Source: a bacterium
GTDB taxonomy: Bacteria; Electryoneota; Electryoneia; Electryoneales; Electryoneaceae
DNA length: 16,901 bases
Assembly: GCA_043801585.1 (NCBI GenBank)
Contig: JAZDLX010000172.1
Coordinates: 1 to 16,901 of the forward strand
Direction: 5' to 3'
Shown: positions 7,616-14,738 of the stretch, in pieces
Layout of the letters: each line of letters begins with the position of its first letter
Position numbering within the stretch: the first letter of the stretch is position 1
Made by a program: the position numbers and the translations under genes
Notes under the pieces: model-generated
What the model was told of the DNA's origin: nothing
Seen by the model: only the letters and a program-made list of their open reading frames with translations
Database searches by the model: none

Positions 7616-10018
7616 ATGCTGAAAAACTACCTGTTGACCGCTTTGCGCAACCTGATGCGCAACCGCGTTTATTCACTGATTAACATCGTCGGTTTTGCAT
7701 TGGGACTATCCGTCTTTCTGATTATATCGCTCGTCGTCATTGATGATCTCTCCTTTGACCGATTCCATGTTGACTCCAGGAATATCTACCGCTTTCTGAC
7801 TCAGAACGTGTCGACCCGCAATGTCAACGCCATCACCAGCGGCGCACTGACGAAAGAAGTGATGGAAGCGGTTCCGGACGTCATCGCCACCACGCGTGTA
7901 TTTTCTTTTGGACAGGTCAATCTGACCTTTTTCGGAGCTGGTGAAAATGAACAAGGCATTCAAAGGTTCATTCTGGGTGCCGACTCGAATTTCTTCAAGG
8001 TTTTCCCGTCATTCAAAATCATCGAGGGAGATCCCGATAACCAACTGAAAACCCCGAACACCGCGGTGGTGACACGCGAGGTTGCACGGGCTCTGTTTGG
8101 TGACGAGAACCCCATCGGGAAAAGCGTTTCCGGTCAGAACAACCAATTCCAGGTTACGATCACTGGAATCGTTTCCGATTGTCCCCGTTATTCCCACCTC
8201 CATTACGACATCATCGCCCCGGCACTCGTCAATCCGCAGAACGCGGTCTGGTGGGAATCCTGGGATAACATTACGGGACAGGGCTACCTCCGTACTCACC
8301 AGGGAGTCAGTCAGAACAGTCTGGAGAAACAGATTCAGGATGTTGCTGAACTGAACGGAATGAATGAACAGTATCTACCCCTGTTGCAACCCCTGCTCGA
8401 CGTTCACCTGGGCAGTGGAGATATTCGATTTGACGGGTTCAATTGGGGAAAGAGCGACAAAACCCAGGTTGTCATCCTGAGTGTGATCGCGTTACTGACA
8501 TTGATCATCGCTTCGATCAACTTCATCAACCTCTCGAGCGCACGGGCGATCAAGCGAGCTCGTGAAGTTGGGATGCGCAAGGTTGTCGGCGCGAACCGGA
8601 TACAACTGATGGGCCAGTACCTTGGGGAATCGGTGCTGCTGACGTTGATCGCCACAGTCATCGCTGGGATCACTGTTCAACTTTCGCTTCCTGCCCTGAC
8701 CAATTTCCTCGGCAAGCAGGTGAATTTCACGTTGACCAACAGCCCGATACTGATTCTCGGACTGTTCCTGACAGCGCTTTTCGTCGGATTGCTCTCCGGC
8801 ATCTATCCGGCTATTATCCTCGCTGGATTCAAACCGGTTTCCGTTCTCAAGGGCGCCTTCCGCTCGAGCAAACAGGGAATTGCACTGAGGCAGGGATTGG
8901 TCGTGTTCCAGTTCGCCCTGTCCATTGCACTGATCGCCAGCGTGATCATTGTGCTCCAGCAGCTTCATTACGTGGTGACGATGGATCGTGGCTACGATAC
9001 CGAACAGATTGCAGTAACGTTCATGTTCAATCAGCAGGTCGCGCCCCACCGTGCAACGTTCATGGATGAGCTGCGTAAAATTCCTACAATCGAAGCTGTT
9101 GGATCGACCATCCACATGCCGGCATTTAATCAACCTGGCAAATACGAAGCGAGGGCTGAAGACTCAATTTCGGACGAAATGAACCTCTCTGTTAACTTCA
9201 TGTTCGTCGGTCCCGATTTCATTCCCGCTCTCGATCTGAAACTGATCGCTGGACGCAATTTCACCAAGGGTTCATCCGCGGACAGCAATGTCAGCGTGGT
9301 CGCCAATGAAGCGCTGGTTCAGGCTTGCGGATGGGATGATCCGATTGGGCGCCATGTGATCGTTCAGGATGTCAATGGAAACATGGTCCCGAAGACCATT
9401 ATCGGAGTCGTCCGCAATTTCCAGTTGTTCGGCGCCCGCCAGGAGATCGAGCCTCTCGTTCTCGAATACCTTCCCCAGGGAGGGGGATTTGTTCCCTTCC
9501 GCATTCAAGCAGGAACGATCCCCGAAACCATGGAAAAAGTGCGCGAAGTCTGGACGAACATGTTTCCGGATGTTCCTTTCAACAGTGCATTCCTCGACGA
9601 TCAGTTCGAAGCCCAATATCAAGGCGACCGGAACTTCGCCACCAAAGTGGGTGTCTTCTCCGCACTCGCAATCATCATCGCCAGCCTTGGCCTGCTCGGT
9701 CTGACCTCCTATGCCACCGAACAGCGGCGCCGGGAAATTGCGGTGCGGAAAGTCCTCGGAAGCAGCGAGGGGAACATCATGTTTATCCTGATGCGCGATT
9801 TTGTCAAATGGGTCCTTTTTGCGAATATTATCGGATGGCCAATTGCCTTCTTCGCGATGCGTCAGTGGCTTTCCGATTTCGTCTATCGGATCACAATAAC
9901 GCCTCTCCCCTTCATCATCGCGGGACTGGCAGCCCTGGTGATCGCCATGCTGACGATTTCCATTCAGGCCTACAATGCAGCGTTGACAGACCCGGCGACA
10001 GTGCTGCGGACAGAGTAA
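7616..10018 (+). CDS. ABC transporter permease, duplicated MacB-PCD/FtsX architecture (800 aa)
   Basis: MLKNYLLTALRNL start, RAREVGMRKVVGA and RRREIAVRKVLGS motifs, two periplasmic domains, DPATVLRTE end. Confidence 0.95.
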   Translation: MLKNYLLTALRNLMRNRVYSLINIVGFALGLSVFLIISLVVIDDLSFDRFHVDSRNIYRFLTQNVSTRNVNAITSGALTKEVMEAVPDVIATTRVFSFGQVNLTFFGAGENEQGIQRFILGADSNFFKVFPSFKIIEGDPDNQLKTPNTAVVTREVARALFGDENPIGKSVSGQNNQFQVTITGIVSDCPRYSHLHYDIIAPALVNPQNAVWWESWDNITGQGYLRTHQGVSQNSLEKQIQDVAELNGMNEQYLPLLQPLLDVHLGSGDIRFDGFNWGKSDKTQVVILSVIALLTLIIASINFINLSSARAIKRAREVGMRKVVGANRIQLMGQYLGESVLLTLIATVIAGITVQLSLPALTNFLGKQVNFTLTNSPILILGLFLTALFVGLLSGIYPAIILAGFKPVSVLKGAFRSSKQGIALRQGLVVFQFALSIALIASVIIVLQQLHYVVTMDRGYDTEQIAVTFMFNQQVAPHRATFMDELRKIPTIEAVGSTIHMPAFNQPGKYEARAEDSISDEMNLSVNFMFVGPDFIPALDLKLIAGRNFTKGSSADSNVSVVANEALVQACGWDDPIGRHVIVQDVNGNMVPKTIIGVVRNFQLFGARQEIEPLVLEYLPQGGGFVPFRIQAGTIPETMEKVREVWTNMFPDVPFNSAFLDDQFEAQYQGDRNFATKVGVFSALAIIIASLGLLGLTSYATEQRRREIAVRKVLGSSEGNIMFILMRDFVKWVLFANIIGWPIAFFAMRQWLSDFVYRITITPLPFIIAGLAALVIAMLTISIQAYNAALTDPATVLRTE

Positions 10019-10170
10019 CGGATTCAGAAGTTTGCGATGTTCAGAAATGTTTTCTGGTCGCACTGGATTCATGAAATCCGGTATGACCAGTGTTGTTATC
10101 TGTGTCATATCTCAGATGGAAGGGAATTAAGCGAAATCCAGTAGCCAGAACCGTAAAAGGAAGAGTCATC

Positions 10171-12564
10171 ATGTTCAGGAATTACCTGATCGTAGCGTTT
10201 CGGAATCTGTATCGGAACAGGCTCTATTCGATCGTCAACATCCTCGGCTTCGCGCTGGGGATTACCGTTTTTCTGGCGATCTACCTTCACGTGCGGTACG
10301 ATCTGGAATTCGACAAATTTCATCAAAACGCAGATCGTATCTGGCGTTTGTACACCATCGACAATGCACCCGGCGTGACGAGCAGCCATGTGGGGATCAC
10401 CAACCTGGCGCTTGCAAGCAATCTGAAAGCGAACGATCCCAATGTGGAGGAAGTTACCCGCTGCAGCCCGACAGGACAGAATATTAACCTGACAGCCGGC
10501 GAGCGATCGACCGTTTCACAACAGTGTTGGGCGGTCGATGGTGCTTTCTTCAAAGTGTTCAGCTGGGAACTGATCGAAGGTGACCGTGAAACGGTTCTCG
10601 AAAAACCATCGTCCGTGCTGATCTCTCCCGCGATCGCCGCGGCTCTCTTCCCGGGTGAAGACCCAATTGGAAAGACGTTCACATTCTACGGCAATCAGGT
10701 GAAGACAGTCACCGGGATTATCGAACCCGCTCCCCGGACCTCCCACCTCCAATTCGACATGCTTATTCGAATCCAAGATTTACCCGGGTGGGAAGAGAGA
10801 ACGCAGATCTGGCAGAACCTTTCCCTGATTTCCTATGCACTGCTCCGTGAAGGAGCGGATCCCGGACAGGTCGAAGCAACGATGGATTCCCTCGCACACA
10901 AGAATGGAATGCCTGCCGTATGGGACCCCGAAATCCAGCCCCTTCTGGATTTGCACATGCGCGCAATGCACATGCTGTATGACTTGAACTATCGAAAAAC
11001 GGACATCAGGCAGGTGTACTCACTATCGATGATCGCAGTCCTCGTGCTCGTGATCGCCGCGTTCAATTTCATGAACCTGTCGACAGCCCGTTCCGCGAAA
11101 CGGGCAAGGGAAGTCGGCATGCGGCGTATTTCAGGGGCCACCCGGCAACAGATGGTATTTCAATTCCTCGGCGAATCGATTCTGCAGACGGTGCTGGCGA
11201 CGATTCTCGCGGTCCTGCTCCTGCAACTGATAATGCCGACCCTGAACCAGCTTTCCGGGAGGCCTCTCTCCTTCTCGCTTGTCCAGTCGGTCTATACGGT
11301 ACCCTCCCTGATCACATTGGCTGTGTTCGTCGGACTACTCTCCGGGATTTATCCAGCCGTCGTGCTCTCCAGCTATTCACCGGTCGTTGTCCTGAAAGGT
11401 GATTTCCGCAGTTCGGGGCGAGGCATTCTGCTTCGGCGGACGCTGGTGATCGCCCAGTTCAGCGCATCGATCGCGCTGATCGTGGCCACCCTCGTCGCTG
11501 GGCAGCAGATCCGTTTCATCCGCACGATGAATCCCGGTTACAACCGGCATGAAGTACTAACGATGACAACAGGCGCGAGACGGTTCCTCTCGTCCCGCGA
11601 AGCATTCCTCAATGAGGTGAAGAAACTTACGGGCGTCGAGAACATCAGCAGCTCGTACTCCGTCCCCGGCCGGGGGTACAGCCGGGCCAGCCTTTACCCC
11701 GAGGGCGCGCAGACCGAAGAGGAAGGCATGATCATGAGCTACGAGATCGTTGATGCGGACTTTCTCAAGACCCTCCAGATCGACCTCGCCGCGGGGAGAA
11801 ATTTCTCGCCCAATCTCTCTTCGGATTCAACGGAAGCGATCCTGATCAATGAAGCGGCTGCCCATCAATTAGGATATACCCCTGATGAAGCCCTTGGAAG
11901 GAAAATCAACCTGGGGGAACTGGACGAGCCTCAAATGCTGACGATCGTGGGAGTGATGCGCGATTTCCATTTCGCATCCCTGCGCCACCGTATCGAACCG
12001 ATCATTTTCGCATTCGCCGCGCAACCTCCGGCCCAGTCGGTCATCCGTGTCCGCCCCGGCATGATCGCCGGAACGGTGACGGATATCGAACGGCTTTGGA
12101 AGGAGTTCTACCCCGAAGAACCCTTCAATTACAGCTTCCTCGACGACGAGTTCGACCAGATGTACATGACGGACATCCATTTTTCGCAGATCGTCCAGTG
12201 GTTCTCAGCTCTGGCCGTATTCATCGCCTGCCTTGGGCTTTTCGGATTAGCGTCCTTTGCCACCGAGCAGCGCCGGCACGAGATCGCCGTTCGCAAGGTT
12301 CTGGGCGCCGGAGAACGGCGGATTGTCGGACTGCTCACCGGCGAATTTCTGCGCTGGGTGCTGATCGCCAATTTGATCGCCTGGCCACTCGGCTACTTCG
12401 GTATCAAGCGCTGGCTGGCTGATTTCGAGTACCACACTCATCTCACCGTCTGGCCGTTTCTGATTGCCAGCGTGACCGCCCTGGTCATCGCCGTGATCAC
12501 CGTCTCGCTTCAGACCATTCGCGCCGCCCAGGCAAATCCGGCAGATGTGCTGCGGCAGGAATGA
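10171..12564 (+). CDS. ABC transporter permease, duplicated MacB-PCD/FtsX architecture (797 aa), paralog of the previous gene
   Basis: MFRNYLIVAFRNL start at ATG 10171 (AAGGA upstream), RAREVGMRRISGA, RRHEIAVRKVLGA, NPADVLRQE end. Confidence 0.95.
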   Translation: MFRNYLIVAFRNLYRNRLYSIVNILGFALGITVFLAIYLHVRYDLEFDKFHQNADRIWRLYTIDNAPGVTSSHVGITNLALASNLKANDPNVEEVTRCSPTGQNINLTAGERSTVSQQCWAVDGAFFKVFSWELIEGDRETVLEKPSSVLISPAIAAALFPGEDPIGKTFTFYGNQVKTVTGIIEPAPRTSHLQFDMLIRIQDLPGWEERTQIWQNLSLISYALLREGADPGQVEATMDSLAHKNGMPAVWDPEIQPLLDLHMRAMHMLYDLNYRKTDIRQVYSLSMIAVLVLVIAAFNFMNLSTARSAKRAREVGMRRISGATRQQMVFQFLGESILQTVLATILAVLLLQLIMPTLNQLSGRPLSFSLVQSVYTVPSLITLAVFVGLLSGIYPAVVLSSYSPVVVLKGDFRSSGRGILLRRTLVIAQFSASIALIVATLVAGQQIRFIRTMNPGYNRHEVLTMTTGARRFLSSREAFLNEVKKLTGVENISSSYSVPGRGYSRASLYPEGAQTEEEGMIMSYEIVDADFLKTLQIDLAAGRNFSPNLSSDSTEAILINEAAAHQLGYTPDEALGRKINLGELDEPQMLTIVGVMRDFHFASLRHRIEPIIFAFAAQPPAQSVIRVRPGMIAGTVTDIERLWKEFYPEEPFNYSFLDDEFDQMYMTDIHFSQIVQWFSALAVFIACLGLFGLASFATEQRRHEIAVRKVLGAGERRIVGLLTGEFLRWVLIANLIAWPLGYFGIKRWLADFEYHTHLTVWPFLIASVTALVIAVITVSLQTIRAAQANPADVLRQE

Positions 12565-12579
12565 AATTTTCAGGCACTC

Positions 12580-12651
12580 TGAAACCCGATCCCGACTGGT
12601 CGGGATCGGGCCACCCTTTCAGAAACCCGACCCTGAAGGGTCGGGCCACCC
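12580..12651 (-). repeat. Two tandem GTGG-family REPs
   Basis: TGAAA-CCCGATCCCGAC-TG-GTCGGGATCGGG-CCACCC (12580-12616) and GAAA-CCCGACCCT-GA-AGGGTCGGG-CCACCC (12622-12651), each followed by TTTC. Confidence 0.88.
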
Positions 12652-12676
12652 TTTCTGTTGAAGGTCTTGTTACCAT

Positions 12677-12771
12677 TGTCATTGCCCGGCTTGACCGGGC
12701 AATCCAAAAGAACAAGTCGACTTTTTCTGTTCCGTCAGGTCATTCGTCCGCCAGTTGGCGGACGGAGATCT
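12677..12771 (+). repeat. Two GTCA(T)-tagged palindromic repeats
   Basis: TGTC-ATTGCCCGG-CTTGA-CCGGGCAAT-CCA (12677-12706) and GTCATT-CGTCCGCCA-GT-TGGCGGACG-GAGATCT (12739-12771). Confidence 0.7.
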
Positions 12772-12782
12772 AACGTTAAAAG

Positions 12783-12819
12783 AAAAACACCGGAGGGCTA
12801 ACACCCTCCGGCATTTTTT
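12783..12819. terminator. Probable bidirectional intrinsic terminator
   Basis: AAAAA, then CCGGAGGG-CTAACA-CCCTCCGG (12790-12811), then TTTTTT, located between convergent genes. Confidence 0.75.
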
Positions 12820-12858
12820 CGTTCGTATCTCGCCGCGATTATCCCCATTTTCGCAGTG

Positions 12859-13245
12859 TCATTTCTGCTTGTTGGTCAGATCGACGATGCGGGTTTCAAG
12901 CCTTTGAAATTTTGAGTCGATGACCTTTTCATAAGAATGGAAATAGGCGTCAATGCCGCGCAATGTCGCCTGCATTCTGAACAGGACGAGGATCGTCTCG
13001 CAGATCACCCACCACAGTGCGGCTGCGACAACACCGGCTCCGATAAGCAGAATCGGGTTCCACCCCGTGTGAAGCAGACGACTCAGCACGAACCCCAACA
13101 CCACCCAGCCGATGGGCACAAGCACGCGTATCAACGCCGGAGTTCGGAATTTTCCATCATAGATCCCGTCCATCAGTTGCCTCGAATGTGAAATGTGATC
13201 GAAAGGGACAAGAAAACAGACGGCGGCAGGCAGCGCAAGGCCCAC
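12859..13245 (-). CDS. Small membrane protein, DUF4282-like
   Basis: GTG start after AGGAG. DGKFRTPALIRVL...WWVICETILVLFRMQATL resembles the F-D-K-F-I-T-P...E-L-L-I-V-L-F-R pattern recalled for DUF4282. Two TM segments and a C-terminal coiled coil. Confidence 0.6.
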   Translation of the reverse strand: MGLALPAAVCFLVPFDHISHSRQLMDGIYDGKFRTPALIRVLVPIGWVVLGFVLSRLLHTGWNPILLIGAGVVAAALWWVICETILVLFRMQATLRGIDAYFHSYEKVIDSKFQRLETRIVDLTNKQK

Positions 13246-13271
13246 TCCTCTCCTGCGGTGTCACGATAAGA

Positions 13272-13345
13272 GTCACCCCCGCGAAAGCGGGGGTCCAGAT
13301 GTTAACAAAAAATAATCACTGGATTCCCGCTTTCGCGGGAATGAC
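13272..13345. repeat. Inverted doublet of GTCA-tagged palindromes (dRS3/RPE-like)
   Basis: GTCACCCCCGCGAAAGCGGGGGTCCAG (13272-13298) and CTGGATTCCCGCTTTCGCGGGAATGAC (13319-13345), separated by a 20-nt AT-rich spacer. Confidence 0.88.
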
Positions 13346-13635
13346 ACCCTTTATCCTCAGTGGTGTGAAGAGATTCGACTGTTTCCTTGTACTGTTAATA
13401 CCTTTCGCATAGCAATTAGATCTGGCGGGAAATTCGATGCCGGGTCATCGCCGCGTTTATGACCCAATACAAAGAATAAGCCATTGAATCCAAAACGAGG
13501 CAGGAGCTGCAATGAAGGCAGAATCGTCATTGAAAAGAAAATGGGCATGATCTCACGACCATACCCATCCACTTCATTGCTGCATGAATCCGGTGACGTT
13601 GCGAAGCAAGCCACCTATGGGTCCAGCGACTTCGC

Positions 13636-13712
<77 letters not shown>

Positions 13713-13727
13713 ATCTGACAGGTGCCA

Positions 13728-13756
13728 AATATAGTCCGGCACCCCATTGCAGTCAA
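13728..13756 (-). promoter_or_regulatory. Sigma70 promoter of tRNA-Pro
   Basis: TTGACT, 17-nt spacer, TATATT, followed by a GC-rich discriminator (TGGCACC) just upstream of the tRNA. Confidence 0.8.
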
Positions 13757-13794
13757 GCAAGCCTGCCAGACGGATTCTCCGAAAACGCGTGACA

Positions 13795-13920
13795 GAAAAA
13801 GCGTGACAGTTACTCTTTTTCGACCTGCCCGGAGTGTTTGCTTCGACTCCTGAATCTTCCACATTGATCGAGTCACTGGGCATTTGTAACGGTAAAAAAG
13901 AGTAACTGTCACTCTATTTC
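13795..13920. repeat. Inverted-repeat element with self-palindromic 26-nt arms
   Basis: GAAAAAGCGTGACAGTTACTCTTTTT (13795-13820) matches the reverse complement of 13895-13920 at 24/26. The inner 18 nt are perfect. Spacer is 74 nt. Confidence 0.8.
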
Positions 13921-13938
13921 CGCGCTCCTCCCAGACAC

Positions 13939-14084
13939 AAAAATGAACCGGAAGTGCACCGTGCAAGGAACCCGTCCAGGCAAAGCACTTCCGGCTCAAT
14001 CCGGGAAGGCCGTCATCCGAGGAAACCGTGCAAGCAAGTCTCGGCCTTCACGCGTAGCCCGATCAAAGCAGGCGTTTCAATCAT
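13939..14084 (-). ncRNA. Candidate small RNA (~145 nt) with two hairpins and a repeated loop motif
   Basis: Stem GAAGGCCG/CGGCCTTC (14005-14049) and a 14-bp stem (13944-13998) ending in TTTTT on the minus strand. The loops share an 18-nt motif at 15/18. An ECF-type promoter lies directly upstream. Confidence 0.55.
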
Positions 14085-14090
14085 TTGAAA

Positions 14091-14115
14091 TACGTTTGAG
14101 AGTGGCACAAGTTCC
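14091..14115 (-). promoter_or_regulatory. Putative ECF sigma factor promoter
   Basis: Minus strand GGAAC(TT), 16 nt after GGAAC, then CGTA. This fits the generic ECF AAC/CGT consensus. Confidence 0.55.
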
Positions 14116-14435
14116 AGGTCAAATGAACAAGTTGGGAGGTATGTCACTTCCTCGGACCAAAAAGTACTGATAAATCTTATGACTGTCCACTGCGTTTTGA
14201 AATTGTTGCTCTCATTGGGATAAATTGATAGGTCTATCTAACATTTATCTATCTGTTATATTTAACGATACAGTGAAGGAATCGTGATATGAACGGTATC
14301 TCTCTTTTTACTATGAAATATAATTATTGTACGTTTCCACATCGCCCTTCGAGACGCACCGGATAAAATGGTCTTATCAAAATGCAAAGATCGATCCTTT
14401 ACGCGGCACCATTCCTCTCCCCGCCGGGCATCAGA

Positions 14436-14738
14436 TCATCCGAGATGGTAATGCACCCCTTTCCCGCCTTCGGGATAGAACCAGTTGACATAGTGCGGTG
14501 CGGCGACATGGCAGGTTCCACATTCGACGCAGTTCTCGTGATTGATCGTGCACTCACCCGTCGCCTCATTCAGCTCATAGACCTTCGCGGGACAGATGTA
14601 GAGCACAGCCTTGACCGGGTCCGCCTTGAAGATTTCCTGGTCCACTGAAATGTGAGACTGGTGATCCGGTTTGTAGGTCAGCAGGCCGAGTTTGTCTTCT
14701 ATGGTGACAGGGTTGTTTTTTACCGGCAATTCGCTCAT
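14436..14738 (-). CDS. fixX: Ferredoxin-like protein FixX (100 aa)
   Basis: IEDKL...SHI, ICPAKVYE, NCVECGTC and WFYPEGGKGVHYHLG. The start overlaps the fixC stop (ATGA). Confidence 0.9.
   Translation of the reverse strand: MSELPVKNNPVTIEDKLGLLTYKPDHQSHISVDQEIFKADPVKAVLYICPAKVYELNEATGECTINHENCVECGTCHVAAPHYVNWFYPEGGKGVHYHLG

Noticed and set aside
611..12771. Palindromic repeat clusters as a CRISPR array
   Set aside because: Copies are dispersed, vary in stem sequence, lack regular spacers, and there are no cas genes. REP-type repeats explain them.
13346..13635. Genomic island integrated at the tRNA-Pro 3' end
   Set aside because: No integrase and no duplicated tRNA 3' end was seen in the window. 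The best match noticed is 8 nt (TGGTCGGG at 12597), inside a REP.
13939..14060. Known riboswitch (c-di-GMP-I, guanidine-II) for the two-hairpin structure
   Set aside because: It lacks the c-di-GMP-I GNRA/receptor and GCAAA-type core. ACGG is present but not as tetraloops on two short stems, and no protein-coding gene lies downstream.
14103..14118. Plus-strand sigma54 promoter at TGGCAC
   Set aside because: There is no GC at the -12 position (GG-N10-AG) and no downstream gene on that strand.
14135..14146. 12-nt match GGAGGTATGTCA shared with 16211-16222, and a 9-aa ORF MSLPRTKKY
   Set aside because: Some 12-mer matches are expected by chance in 17 kb, and the SD abuts the ATG with no spacing.
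14160..14345. Replication origin
   Set aside because: Only isolated one-mismatch DnaA-box-like 9-mers were seen, with no cluster and no oriC-linked genes.
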